DNA of 64,000 nucleotides from an uncultured Phycisphaerales bacterium. Lineage in GTDB: Bacteria; Planctomycetota; Phycisphaerae; Tepidisphaerales; Tepidisphaeraceae. Positions 1-10,343 of the stretch are shown here, in pieces. The translations under genes were made by a program, and so were the position numbers. Position 1 is the first letter of the stretch. Each line of letters starts with the position of its first letter. A model generated the notes under the pieces. The model saw only the letters and a program-made list of their open reading frames with translations, was not told the origin of the DNA and searched no databases. The stretch is from the NCBI GenBank assembly GCA_963758525.1, contig CAVWVQ010000003.1, positions 4,000,001 through 4,064,000 on the forward strand. Reading direction: 5' to 3'.

Positions 1-677
1 CCCGTTTTTCATCGTGCCGGCTTGCGTCTCCTATCTGACCGCCTTCTACATGGCTCGCTGCTGGATGCTCATTTTCTGGGGCAAGCCGCGCGACGTGGCG
101 ATCCATGACGCGGCGCGTGAATCCCCGCTTTTGTGGGGGCCTTTATGCGTGCTGGCGTTCATGACGATCGTCAGCGGCAAATATCTCAACGTCCAGCCGC
201 TGCTCGAATCGTCGATCAAGGAAACCCAGGCGATCTGCCGTGACGATCAGATTCGCGACGACTTCTTCGAGCTGCGCGAAGACTTCCCCGGCTTCAGACG
301 CGTCTGGCCCACTAATCTGGCGGCCGATGCTGATGATCCGCTGTTGGACGCCGTCCTCGCCGCCGCCCGCGTCGAGCGACACTGGATGCGCTGGAGCTTC
401 CTGATCGGCATGGGATTGGCGGCGCTCATCTACCTGCGCGGCTATGCCTTCACGCGCATATTCATGCGCGTGCCGCCGGTCCGGTGGATCAATCGCTGGC
501 TCATTGAAGGGATGTATTTCGACCAGCTCTACGGCGCTGTGATCGTTGGAGCAATCAGAGGGCTGTCGAAATTCTGCGACTGGTTTGATCGAAGCATCAT
601 CGATGGTTCTCTCAACCGCGTTGCCTCACTTGCGCGCGCGCAGGCCCGGCAGCACGGGCTCCTTAATAACCTGGGCG
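1..677 (+). CDS. nuoL: NADH-quinone oxidoreductase subunit L, C-terminal part (5' truncated by window; 3' end probably affected by an indel)
   Basis: LTAFYMARCWMLIFWGKPR...ESP and YFDQLY...FDRSIIDG motifs typical of the NuoL C-terminus. It directly precedes nuoM, and the frame runs on into nuoM without a stop. Confidence 0.8.
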
Positions 678-2280
678 ATGAACCATCAGTTGTCCATTCT
701 CCTGCTTCTCCCAACTTTCGGCGCAGCAGCGATTCTGTTCCTCCCCAGCGCCAAGCCGATGCGTTGGACGGCACTGGGTATCACCCTCTTCACGTTCATC
801 TTCGCGCTCACGCTGCTCTTCCGTTTCGACGCGCATTCGTCGACAACCTTCGGCTTCCGCACCCGCCACGGCGACGTCCAACTCGTGGAACGCGCGGCAT
901 GCGTGCCGTCGCTTCATATCGAATATCTCGTCGGCATCGACGGCCTGTCTCTGCCCCTGATTCTGCTCACGACGTTCCTTTTCCCGCTTGCCTGCGCCGC
1001 GTCGTGGAAGATCGACAGGTCACCCAAACTCTATTTCGCGTTGCTGCTATTTCTAGAATCAGCAATCCTGGGCGTCTTTCTTTCGCTGGATCTGTTGATC
1101 TTCTGCGTCTTTCTTGAAGCTTCTTTCGTGCCGGTCTATTTCCTGATCGGCGTCTGGGGCGGCCCGCGGAAGCGGTCCGCGGCAATCAAGCTGCTCTTCT
1201 TCATGCTCATCGAATCAGCGGCGATGCTGACCGCGCTCATCGCCATCTATGCCAGTACCCACTGCTTCGACATGATCCGCCTGCCCGGGCTGTTGGCCGC
1301 GCCGTTTGCCTCCGCTGACGCGCCATCGCACCTCCAGACGCTGCTGTTTCTCCTGTTGATGTTCGCGATCGCGATTAAGCTGCCTGCCGTCCCGTTTCAT
1401 ACCTGGCTGCTCGACGCGCAGGCGCAGGCCCCGACGGCCGTCAGCATGATCCTCGCCGCTCTGCTGCTCAAAATCGGTGGCTACGCGATCTTCCGCATCG
1501 CCTATCCGTTCTTTCCGGCTGTGGCGAGACACCTCTGGTTCCCCATCGCACTGATCGGCACGATCAGCGTGCTGTACGGCGTGCTCTGCGCGATGTCTCA
1601 AAATGATTTCAAGAAACTCCTCGCATACAGCTCCATCTCGCAAATGGGATTCATCACGCTTGGCGCCGCGATGATCACGCCGGCAGCGGTCAACGGAGCG
1701 ATCTTCCTGATGGTCGCGCACGGCATCACCAGCGCCATGATGTTCTTCAGCGCCGGCGTTCTCGCTGACCGCGCAACACCAGGACCTCACCCGTCTCGGC
1801 GGACTCGCTTCGGCGATGCCCCGGTTCTCCGGGCTGTTCGCCGTCGGATGTTTCGCGGCCATCGGGGTGCCGCTGCTCTGCGGATTCGTCGGCGAGATCC
1901 TGATCATGCTCGGAATCTTCCAGGCCTTGCGGCCCGACGCAGTACTGTTCGTTTCCGGCTTCGCCTTTCGCGGAAAAATCGACACGCTTGCCATCCTCGC
2001 GGCGCTGGGTCTCGTGCTGGCAGCCGCCTGCATGCTCAGGACCATGCAGCGCATCTTCTTCGGACCTGACAAGGCGCAACAAGGGGATTTCCCCGATGTC
2101 GATCAGCGCGAGACAACAGTTCTGGCATCTCTTGCCACCGCGGCAATGCTGCTGGGGATTTTTCCCAGCATCTTCGTCTTCTCGATGACCGGCAGAACCG
2201 TCGACGCGTTCTTTGGACTTTTCGACAAATCATCCGTCCGAACTTCTAACGTGCCGCCTGACCTTGAAGCGTCGCCGTGA
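678..2280 (+). CDS. nuoM: NADH-quinone oxidoreductase subunit M (frameshift near 1775)
   Basis: GIDGLSLPLILLT, KLPAVPFHTWL, KKLLAYSSISQMG and HGITSA motifs. Continues in a second frame as QDLTRLGGLASAMP...GFVGEIL. Confidence 0.88.
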
Positions 2281-2405
2281 TGGAGCCCCCAGCGCGCCAT
2301 AGCCGCAACGCCTTGCGAAGATTGCAATGGGTCGCGGCCAAGAACGCTCCGGCGCGAGCGTGCGCAAATTTCCGAAGGCGTCTTCTTGCGTCCGTCGAGT
2401 TCATC

Positions 2406-3155
2406 TCACCGACGCTGATAAAACGGCTTCACCGACCGCATGTATTTGCTCACGCCGTCATCTGGGCGGTCGCTCATCTGCATAAAATCGATGATCTCGC
2501 CGGGACGCGCGACGGTCTGGGCAACCATTCCGATTTCGTTGATCAGCGACTTCCAGTCGCCAGTCATGTCGATGCCGATCATGATGTGCGGAGTCGGATC
2601 CAGCTTGGCGAACACAGCTTGAGCGAGGTACGCGGCCTTCACTGTCGCCTCTTTCGTCAACAGCGGTGCAATCGCGTCCGTGATATGGCTTGGATATTCC
2701 CTGGGCTGCGACAGCAACACCTTCTGTCCGCCAACATTCTGCGTCGGGCCAAGCTTCATGATCGATCCGTCGAGAATCGACTCGACCTCGGTTGCGGTGA
2801 AAATTTTTCCGTAATCCGAGCCGGGATTCATCACCAGATCGGCGCCGCGCAGCATGGTGAAGAGTGCTCGTCCGTTCATCGCCATGTAGGGCGATTCAGT
2901 TTTGACGAACGCCGCGATGCGCTCCTTGGACGTAAAGATCGGCACGTGCGGCTTGTCCTGCACCTCGACCAACTGGATTTGCACCGCGGTTGTTCCCTCC
3001 GGCGCGTCCGCGCTGCTCTCCGGCGATTTTCGTCCCTCGCCAATGACAAGCAGGTCGTGCTCCGTCAGCGCCCGGTAAAACTCCGGCCGGGCCGCGGGAT
3101 CTGTTGTGGCGGAAATCAGGAGCCGTTCGATGTCGTTAGAGGGCGTGAATGCCAT
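2406..3155 (-). CDS. SseB family protein (SseB plus SseB_C domains)
   Basis: PIFTSKER and LVMNPGSDYGKIF motifs, plus a C-terminal VKAAYLAQ...PHIMIGID domain. Confidence 0.8.
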   Translation of the reverse strand: MAFTPSNDIERLLISATTDPAARPEFYRALTEHDLLVIGEGRKSPESSADAPEGTTAVQIQLVEVQDKPHVPIFTSKERIAAFVKTESPYMAMNGRALFTMLRGADLVMNPGSDYGKIFTATEVESILDGSIMKLGPTQNVGGQKVLLSQPREYPSHITDAIAPLLTKEATVKAAYLAQAVFAKLDPTPHIMIGIDMTGDWKSLINEIGMVAQTVARPGEIIDFMQMSDRPDDGVSKYMRSVKPFYQRR

Positions 3156-3221
3156 GCTCGGAATTGTAGCTCGATTCGTCCAGACATGGCGGCCAGACGC
3201 GCTCGGTCTTGCTATAAACTG

Positions 3222-3328
3222 GGTTAGCCGCGACGCGCAGCGGAGCGCGTATTCAAACCAGAAGCACCTTCAGGTCAGCCTCGCGCAACCCACACGAATA
3301 CGCGCTCCGCTGCGCGTCGCGGCTAACC
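3222..3328. repeat. Palindromic REP/MITE-like element, family A (33-bp perfect inverted arms)
   Basis: GGTTAGCCGCGACGCGCAGCGGAGCGCGTATTC at 3222-3254 and its reverse complement at 3296-3328. A second copy lies at 61907-62013. Confidence 0.92.
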
Positions 3329-3359
3329 AGGCTGAATTTGGATTCGGAAGGGATAACCC

Positions 3360-4127
3360 ATGCATAGCAAACAACCTTCGCCCGGCGTTCGCATTGAGAA
3401 CCTTACGTGGCTTGAGGTGCAACAAGCTCTGGAGTCCGCGCACACCGTCCTGATTCCCATCGGCGCCGCCTGTAAGGAGCATGGGTTTCACCTTCCGATG
3501 AACACCGATCTGTTGTGGGCCAACTATCTTGTGACGCGCGTTGTCGAGCGGTGCGCAGTGCTGGCTCTGCCGACCGTGACCTACGGATACTACCCCGCGT
3601 TCGTGGATTACCCGGGTTCAGTAAGTATTGCCGAAAGTGTGTTTCGGGGGACGGTAATCGACATCTGCCGCAGCTTCGCCCGGCACGGCGCAAAGCGGTT
3701 TTATGTGCTCAACACTGGCATCAGCACCATCGCATCCCTGCAAGTTGCCCAGTCGATATTGCAGGCGGAGCAAATCGCGATGACGTACACCGACCTGCGA
3801 AAGCTTACGGTCGAGGCGCGTCGGAGTATTGAACGCCAGCCGTTTGGCTCTCACGCCGACGAGATCGAAACTTCGGTGATGCTCTACATCGCTCCAGAAG
3901 TTGTCCGAATGGAACGCGCGGTTGCGGAGCTGGCCGCCGATCGCCCGGGGCCGCTGACCCGCAAGGCAGATGGAGAGGGCGTCTACTCGGCCAGCGGCGC
4001 CTGGGGTGACCCGACGCTCGCGACCGCCGAAAAGGGCAAAGTGGTCGTCGAAGCAATGGTTGAAGAAATTGTGCGTGCGATCAACCGTCACACATCAGAA
4101 GAAGCGCGAGATCCACCACCGGGTTAG
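3360..4127 (+). CDS. Creatininase / creatinine amidohydrolase family protein
   Basis: PIGAACKEHGFHLPMNTD, YPGSV, HADEIETS and GDPTLATAEKG motifs. Confidence 0.88.
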   Translation: MHSKQPSPGVRIENLTWLEVQQALESAHTVLIPIGAACKEHGFHLPMNTDLLWANYLVTRVVERCAVLALPTVTYGYYPAFVDYPGSVSIAESVFRGTVIDICRSFARHGAKRFYVLNTGISTIASLQVAQSILQAEQIAMTYTDLRKLTVEARRSIERQPFGSHADEIETSVMLYIAPEVVRMERAVAELAADRPGPLTRKADGEGVYSASGAWGDPTLATAEKGKVVVEAMVEEIVRAINRHTSEEARDPPPG

Positions 4128-4145
4128 CTTTGGGCTCGGAGCCGG

Positions 4146-4718
4146 TCATTGGCGCTTCACCGGCTCGCCCCTTGTGAGCAGTTCCAACCGTCCGGTGTCG
4201 GGATGCATGATCAGGCCGTGAACGGCAATGTCACTGGGCAGCAGCGGGTGATTGCGGATCATTTCGACGCTGGCAAGGACTCCCGCCTGGGGGCTTTCAA
4301 AGCCTTTGAGCCATTGCTGGAGATCGACTCCGGCGTGACTGAGCATCGTCAAGGTGTCGGCGGAAATTCCGCGCTGCTGAACTTTCTGGAGCACTTCCCC
4401 CGCGGTCAGCCCGGTCATGCCGCACCCGTGATGTCCCACGACGGCGATCTCTTCTGCGCCCAATTGATAGACCGCCACCAGCACGCTGCGCATCACCGAT
4501 CCAAACGGATGGCTCACGACGGCGCCGGCTGTCTTGATCATCTTCACGTCGCCGTTGCGAATTCCCATTGCCTTGGGCAACAGCTCGACCAGCCGGGTAT
4601 CCATGCAGGTGATGACCACCAGCCGCTTGTCCGGCAGAGGACTGGTGAGGAACGCCTCGTACTCTTTGCTGGCCACGAAGGCGGCGTTATACGCGAGAAT
4701 TTCAGGAAGGGCGGACAT
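4146..4718 (-). CDS. Beta-class carbonic anhydrase
   Basis: Zn ligands in TCMDTR and HHGCG, plus VHGLIMHPDTGRL. Confidence 0.9.
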   Translation of the reverse strand: MSALPEILAYNAAFVASKEYEAFLTSPLPDKRLVVITCMDTRLVELLPKAMGIRNGDVKMIKTAGAVVSHPFGSVMRSVLVAVYQLGAEEIAVVGHHGCGMTGLTAGEVLQKVQQRGISADTLTMLSHAGVDLQQWLKGFESPQAGVLASVEMIRNHPLLPSDIAVHGLIMHPDTGRLELLTRGEPVKRQ

Positions 4719-4737
4719 GGCGGCGCAGTGTAACGGG

Positions 4738-4848
4738 AGAAGGCAAAATGCAGAAGGCGGAAGACCGAAGTCAGGAGCAAGGAGTCAGGAGCCAGAAGAA
4801 AAAAGGAAGAGAATGAAAAATGAAAAATAGAAAGTGAAAAATGGAAAA
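4738..4848. repeat. Degenerate purine-rich heptamer tandem repeats
   Basis: Units such as TCAGGAG/CAAGGAG/CCAGAAG, followed by AATGAAA/AATAGAA/AGTGAAA/AATGGAA, in intergenic DNA. Confidence 0.7.
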
Positions 4849-4961
4849 CGTGGGGCGTTGGTGCGGGTAATTCACCCGTTGCGTCCGTAATCGACGGTGT
4901 ACGTGTCTCCGTCGCGCTCCGATCCCGACTCGGCTGCGCGCCCGATGTCCAATCGCCGGCT

Positions 4962-5924
4962 TCACTTTGCGTGAGGGACGTTCATCGCTTCGATCTCTGC
5001 CTCCACTTTAGCGCGATCAAAATCGGCCGGGATTTTCTTATCCTGGTTGGCCAGGAGTTCGTCCAGCGTCGGCCGTTGCGAGGGAACGCCGTCGGGGGGG
5101 ACATCGCCTTTGGCGATCCAGACGATGCAGTTCAGGATGCACTTGCGAAAGTCGTCCTGGGCCCAGTTCCAGTGGTAGTGCCCGCCGGTGCAGCCGAAGC
5201 CGCGGTTGGTCGTCTCCTTGTTTTCGGAAACCCAGACGATCGTTTCCGGCAGGCGCTTGCCAATGCCGGCGCGAACGGCAGGGTTGCCGCCGTGCGCGTC
5301 ATCCTTGCCCTGGCGTGTCGAATCGGGAGGCACCGCGTAAATGATCGGGGTAACGCCCTCCATGTCGGGGCGGAAGCGCATGTGATAATAAAATTCGTCC
5401 TTATTCGCGAAGGGCTTCACGCCATTGGCGACAGGATGCTTAGGAATCTCTGCGAAGTCAGCCTGCCAGACAGGATTCACCGACCAGTACGCTTCAAAGT
5501 ATCCGCCGATCCAATCGAGAAATTCCTTGCCGCCCTTGTCCTTGGGAACCTCGACCGCGTAGTGAATGCATCCAATGCCAACGCCCTTTTTCGTCAGGGC
5601 GTCCACTTCCGCCAGGTGGGGGATCACCATGTGGCCCGGCCCGCCGTCGCAGTACATCACAATCGCGTCCGCCCCATCAAACGCATGCGGATCTTTCGGC
5701 CAGCCACCGGTGTAGACGCGGTCGTCGAAGTTCGGCATCCCCTCCTTCAGCAATTTTGCCAGCAGCATGCAGCCGGCTTTCTGCTCGTGCTGCGCGAACC
5801 CGTGGCTGGGGGTGCCGGCAACGAACACGACCATTTTCTTCGCGGGCGCCGCGTCATCGGCGCGGAGTGCCGAAGGAATCGCAAGGCACGCCAACATCAG
5901 AAAAAAGCAGGAAATGATGCGCAT
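4962..5924 (-). CDS. Secreted ThuA-like (glutamine amidotransferase-like fold) protein
   Basis: Signal peptide, then GTPSHGFAQHE, GCIHYAVEV, DEFYYHMRF and RGFGCTGGHYHWNW. Confidence 0.82.
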   Translation of the reverse strand: MRIISCFFLMLACLAIPSALRADDAAPAKKMVVFVAGTPSHGFAQHEQKAGCMLLAKLLKEGMPNFDDRVYTGGWPKDPHAFDGADAIVMYCDGGPGHMVIPHLAEVDALTKKGVGIGCIHYAVEVPKDKGGKEFLDWIGGYFEAYWSVNPVWQADFAEIPKHPVANGVKPFANKDEFYYHMRFRPDMEGVTPIIYAVPPDSTRQGKDDAHGGNPAVRAGIGKRLPETIVWVSENKETTNRGFGCTGGHYHWNWAQDDFRKCILNCIVWIAKGDVPPDGVPSQRPTLDELLANQDKKIPADFDRAKVEAEIEAMNVPHAK

Positions 5925-5971
5925 GGAAGGTTCTCCTCGTTGAGGATGATACCTCTCGCAAGTCAAAAGGT

Positions 5972-6430
5972 TTACTGCGCGCTGAGAAACGCGGAGAGCT
6001 CGTCAGCTGACATGAAGCTTCCCTGCCGAAGAACCTTTCCATCGCTGTCGACGATCACGATCGATGGGATCGTACTGATTCCGTACTTGGCCGCCGGGTC
6101 CTTCGCGCCGGCGGAATCAACGTCCATCGCCAGGGGAATGAACTTGGTGGTCGCCAGGCTTGCGACGCGCGAATCCGGCCAGGCGCTGCGTTTCATTTCC
6201 TGGCAGGGGGGACACCAGGTTGCGGAGAAGTCGATCAGAATGGGTTTGCCAGTTTTCTTCCCCTCCGCCAGGGCGGCGTCGTAGTCTGTGCGCCAGGGAA
6301 TATGATCATCCGCGGCTACGTTGGATGCCGAAGCCGAAGGCGACGACCGGGAGCAGCCGGAGAACGCCAGGACTCCGGCAAGAATCACAGGCACGCATAA
6401 CAATCCGCGCAACTTGATGCTTGTGTTCAT
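5972..6430 (-). CDS. Thioredoxin-family lipoprotein
   Basis: Lipobox LAFSGC and active-site DFSATWCPPC. Confidence 0.88.
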   Translation of the reverse strand: MNTSIKLRGLLCVPVILAGVLAFSGCSRSSPSASASNVAADDHIPWRTDYDAALAEGKKTGKPILIDFSATWCPPCQEMKRSAWPDSRVASLATTKFIPLAMDVDSAGAKDPAAKYGISTIPSIVIVDSDGKVLRQGSFMSADELSAFLSAQ

Positions 6431-6449
6431 TTCACTCCTCCAAAATCCG

Positions 6450-8153
6450 TCAGTGGATAAACCGCATCTCGCCAAAATCGGGGACGATATTCACCGGCAC
6501 TTTTGCCACCTGGTATCCCGCCGGCCAGTAGACGAAGAACGCCTTGCCCAGCATGAATTCCGCCGGCACGCGGCCGCCTTCCACAAAAGGCAATCCTTCG
6601 CTGGGAAGTTCCACGGGCGCAGTCCAGTAGCGCGCGTCTCCGCTAATGGCTGAATTGTCGCCGAGCACGAAATATTCCCCCTTGTTCAGATGAACGATTT
6701 TATCCGGACTCGCCCAGAACGCATCCCGCCCTGGAACGCGGTTCAGATAATAGATATTGCGCGAGAGGGTGACGTGCTCAAGCGTGCAATTCTGCTTTTC
6801 TCCCACAATTCGCACGGCCGGCGTCGGCGCTGGCGAGCGATTGACATAATCCGTATAGAGCGACGCGACATCGGGATGATATTCCGCGTCATTCGTCCGG
6901 ATGAGCACCTTGCCATTCACCCGCAACGTCACTCGATAATCGACATTCTCCAGCTCCAACTGCACCGGCGCGCTTCCCGCCAGGTCGCTTGAGGCGACCG
7001 CGGCCCCGCCGACCAGTGTTTCTCCCACCACCTGCAACGGCGAGCTTTGCCGCATCTTGCCATGGAGCAGTTCCACCTTGCCCGGAGTAATCCGCGCCGT
7101 GAACACATCATCGCGCTTCGTCAGTTGCATCTGCAACGCTCCGTCGCCGGAGCGCCGCGTGTAGAAACAGCTCAGCTTCAGGTCGCTCACCGAGATCGGC
7201 CGCCATCCGCTGCGCGTCTGCTCCTGTTCGTCGTAGGCCAGCCAGTCGGTGAGAGCATTGGTCGATGGGTTTGCGTTCGCGTCAAATGTCAGCGCCTGCG
7301 GACCCTCCGGATTGTCCAGCGTGAACGAGCGCAGCGGCCGGCCTCGATCGTCGAGCACGCGCCAGGCATTGGGCCCGGCGCTGGCGGTCCAGGGCTCGCG
7401 CCACGCGCTCTGATCGAGATCCTGGCTTCGATCCAGATGCGGAAGAAAGTCGTTGTCGTCGATGACGCGCCACAGACGCTCCTGTGCGTACGCGGGGCGG
7501 CGCGCTATCGTAAACTTGTCGGCATTGACCACCGTGAAGCCATCCGCGCCAAACGACAGATCCGCAGGCTGCCGACTCGTGTAGACGCTTCCATCGAGAA
7601 TCACCACGCTCTCGCCCGGCAGCCCCACCAGCCGTTTGATGTAATTCACCGAATAGTCCGGATCGAGCGCGTCATGCTTGGCTTCCTCATTGGGGCTCTT
7701 GAAAACCACCACGTCCCAACGGCTCGGTCCGGAAAAAAGATACAGATACTTCAGCACCAGAATGCGGTCCCCGAACCGCACTGCCTGCTCTTCGTCGCTC
7801 GGCATCGCGTACCCGCAATTGGGGCAGTGATACGTCATCGTGCGCAGCGCGCTGCTGGGAATATCCGAGTCGTCCGACTGTCCGGTGCTGTAGCCCACGT
7901 CCCAGGTATATCCGCAATCCGGACAATGCAGCCGCATGTGCGCGCCGTAGAGCGTTGGCGCCATCGACCCGGTCGGAATGACAAACGCCTCCACGACGAA
8001 GCCGCGGAAGATAAACGCGAGGATAAACGCAACGAGGATCGACTCGACCGTCTCCTTCACGTGCGGCTCTTGCGAAGGGCGGTCGCTCGAACGCTTCCTG
8101 GGAACCGCCTGCCCGGCAGCGTCCGGTGTCTGCGAATTGGTCGAAACAGCCAT
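6450..8153 (-). CDS. lepB: Signal peptidase I (long form, with paired CxxC motifs and a large insertion)
   Basis: EAFVIPTGSMAPTL (catalytic Ser), NYIKRLVGLPGE (catalytic Lys), YFVLGDN..SGDARYW and GKAFFVYWP. Confidence 0.9.
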   Translation of the reverse strand: MAVSTNSQTPDAAGQAVPRKRSSDRPSQEPHVKETVESILVAFILAFIFRGFVVEAFVIPTGSMAPTLYGAHMRLHCPDCGYTWDVGYSTGQSDDSDIPSSALRTMTYHCPNCGYAMPSDEEQAVRFGDRILVLKYLYLFSGPSRWDVVVFKSPNEEAKHDALDPDYSVNYIKRLVGLPGESVVILDGSVYTSRQPADLSFGADGFTVVNADKFTIARRPAYAQERLWRVIDDNDFLPHLDRSQDLDQSAWREPWTASAGPNAWRVLDDRGRPLRSFTLDNPEGPQALTFDANANPSTNALTDWLAYDEQEQTRSGWRPISVSDLKLSCFYTRRSGDGALQMQLTKRDDVFTARITPGKVELLHGKMRQSSPLQVVGETLVGGAAVASSDLAGSAPVQLELENVDYRVTLRVNGKVLIRTNDAEYHPDVASLYTDYVNRSPAPTPAVRIVGEKQNCTLEHVTLSRNIYYLNRVPGRDAFWASPDKIVHLNKGEYFVLGDNSAISGDARYWTAPVELPSEGLPFVEGGRVPAEFMLGKAFFVYWPAGYQVAKVPVNIVPDFGEMRFIH

Positions 8154-8188
8154 CCGAGCATGGTAAGGGGAGGGACGGAGCAGGACAA

Positions 8189-8542
8189 TCAGCGTGGTAA
8201 CGCGCACCACCGACAACTGCACTTCTCCCCGGCCATGACCGCGGGTCTGAAATGCCGGTCCACCGGACAATGCTCATCGGCTGACTTGGCTTTGTCGCGC
8301 GTGGGGCACCCGCATCCGTCCACCGCTGGATCCCGGTCAATCAATTGCAAAAATGGTGTTCCGCAGTACGACACGCCGCGCCGGAGGACGCGCATCGAGC
8401 ATGTCTCGCAGGCGGCGGCTCGAGAAGTCCAGGCAACCGCCGTGGGGGTAATCCCCAGTCGCCGCAGTCGAGCGGAAGCTCCTTTCGCCATTGCCCGGGA
8501 GATCGAGCGAAACGAATTCGTCGGGCATGTGAAGCAAGCCAT
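8189..8542 (-). CDS. Small Cys-rich hypothetical protein (117 aa, 11 Cys)
   Basis: ATG at 8542. CxxC x2, CGC and CxCxxC motifs. It fills the gap between the SGNH gene and lepB. Confidence 0.65.
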   Translation of the reverse strand: MACFTCPTNSFRSISRAMAKGASARLRRLGITPTAVAWTSRAAACETCSMRVLRRGVSYCGTPFLQLIDRDPAVDGCGCPTRDKAKSADEHCPVDRHFRPAVMAGEKCSCRWCALPR

Positions 8543-8549
8543 GCACTTA

Positions 8550-9214
8550 TTATCGGATCTTCCCAGAAGAGTCTTGCACAGTTTCCCAGCGCATTTCTGC
8601 AGCCGTCGAAGGCTGCCAGAGTCGATGCCGCTCAGCTCAGATTTGTCCAACTCGATCCCAACCGGACTCGCACGAAAGATGGTGGCAAAAAACACGCACG
8701 CCGCCAGGTACGATCCGGCGGTGTTCGGATGGCTTTTGTCGCGGTCGTGCAATGTCAGCGTCGGCTTGTCGCGCAGCCAACGCTGCCATGCGACTCCGAC
8801 GGGCGCGATGAGCGCGCCAAGTTCGCGGCCGATGCTTACGTAGGCGTCGGTGAGTTCATCCTGCCTATCGAGTTCCCCGGCTCGCGACCACGTCAGATAG
8901 AGTATGGTCCTGGCCTTGCGACGGCGTATTTCAGCGTCGAACAGCCGGATGCTCTCATGCATCCGCTGGCGGTTCTTCAGCGGCAGCGTGCTCTGTTCCT
9001 GAAGCACGACATAATCCCACGCCGTCCGCTGAATCGCTTCGATCGCCACGCCTTGCTTCCAATGCGTTTTGAGCGCCATCCCATTGGCAATCACACGTTG
9101 GCTCTCAAACTTCCTGGGCGGCTCGGAAGATGCGGCCAGACGACTGATCATCGTCGGCAGATCGTTGCGGTTGGTGAAGCTGTTGCCGATGAACAACGCT
9201 TTCGTAGCCGGCAT
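8550..9214 (-). CDS. SGNH/GDSL-like hydrolase (DUF4886-like); probable 1-nt deletion near 8590
   Basis: LFIGNSFT, WDYVVLQEQS and DKSHPNTAGSYLAACVF. A shifted frame gives the expected ending WETVQDSSGKIR-stop. Confidence 0.8.
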
Positions 9215-9287
9215 CAAAGTCCTTCGGGTTTCCAGGGCCAGTGAGTGCCGCGCACGGCTACGAGAGCCCACCCGCAATTGCCAGCAC

Positions 9288-10278
9288 TCATTCCCCGACC
9301 GGCGTCCAACTGCTGTCAGGGTTGTAAGCGGTAATATGACGGGCGATCTGATTCGTATCGATGCCAAGGTCCTTCTGGTACACCTTTCCGCGCTGGTTCA
9401 CGATAAAAGTCATAATCCCCGACGATCCGTATTCCGCCGGATAGGCTATCAGCGCAAAGCCGGCCACCATGTTTCCGTTGATCGTGTAATCGTATTGGCC
9501 GCCCGGCGCAGCCGGACCTTGCCGCCTCAACACGCGAAAGCGATAGCCGTGATACGGCGCCGGCTTCCCGGGCGTTGGCTCATAGCCTTCCATTTTCGCC
9601 TGCGCGACGAGCTGCGCGAGCGGGCTGGGGTCCTGACCGGCGGAGGCAGTCCAGTACAAGCCGTCCATCTTTCCCGGCGTGCTTAAAATTTTCTGGGCGT
9701 ATTTGACCACGTCGCTGCCGTCCCAATCCCTGCTCGCGTATTCGCGCTGGGCGTCCACGTAAATCCGACAGATTTGTATCGCCTCCAGCTCATTTTTCCC
9801 GATCCGTCGAGCGAGGATCTCCGCCTTGCCGGATTCGGTATCGAGGAACCACTTGCCGTCCGATCTCCGCACGATCGGAATCGGGAAACGCCAGTCATCT
9901 TTGCCGACATGGAGGATGGACGTCGAATCATCCATCTTTTCCAGTTGCGCACGTTCGCTCGCGCGGGCGGCAAAGTCTTTGAAGGCGTTCGCGTCTTCGA
10001 CCTTGTCGCCTGAAACCAGTTCTTTCCATGCCGGGCCAAGAAGCTGATGCACTCGTTCATGGTCCTGCACTTGACGGCGGCCAGCAGCGCGGTCACCACT
10101 GCATCATCGCTGTCAAACAACGGCTGGCCGCGACCGGGTTCGCCGGGCGCTGCGCCGACGTCTGAGCTGAGATCGGGACCGTCGGCGAACTGGCGGTGCA
10201 TCCGCTCGTGACCAACATGCTCCCGCCAAACAGACCCGTCACAAGCCATCCGAATATTCCGCGCCGTGGGATTTTCAT
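9288..10278 (-). CDS. DUF2950 family protein (N-terminus broken by frameshifts)
   Basis: WRFPIPIV, EILARRIGKNEL, DGLYW, PYHGYRFRVL, YGSSGIMTFIV and YQKDLG. The lipoprotein-like N-terminus is in another frame from 10278. Confidence 0.85.
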
Positions 10279-10343
10279 AGGTCTCTGCTCGCGATCGATG
10301 TCCGATTGATCCTCTGCAGCCAGCCGGTGATCCGCAATGGTGG

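Noticed and set aside
8189..9367. SGNH hydrolase fused to a Cys-rich domain (392-aa ORF)
   Set aside because: A one-base shift restores a normal WETVQ..stop ending just before a separate ATG, so the fusion is likely an artefact.
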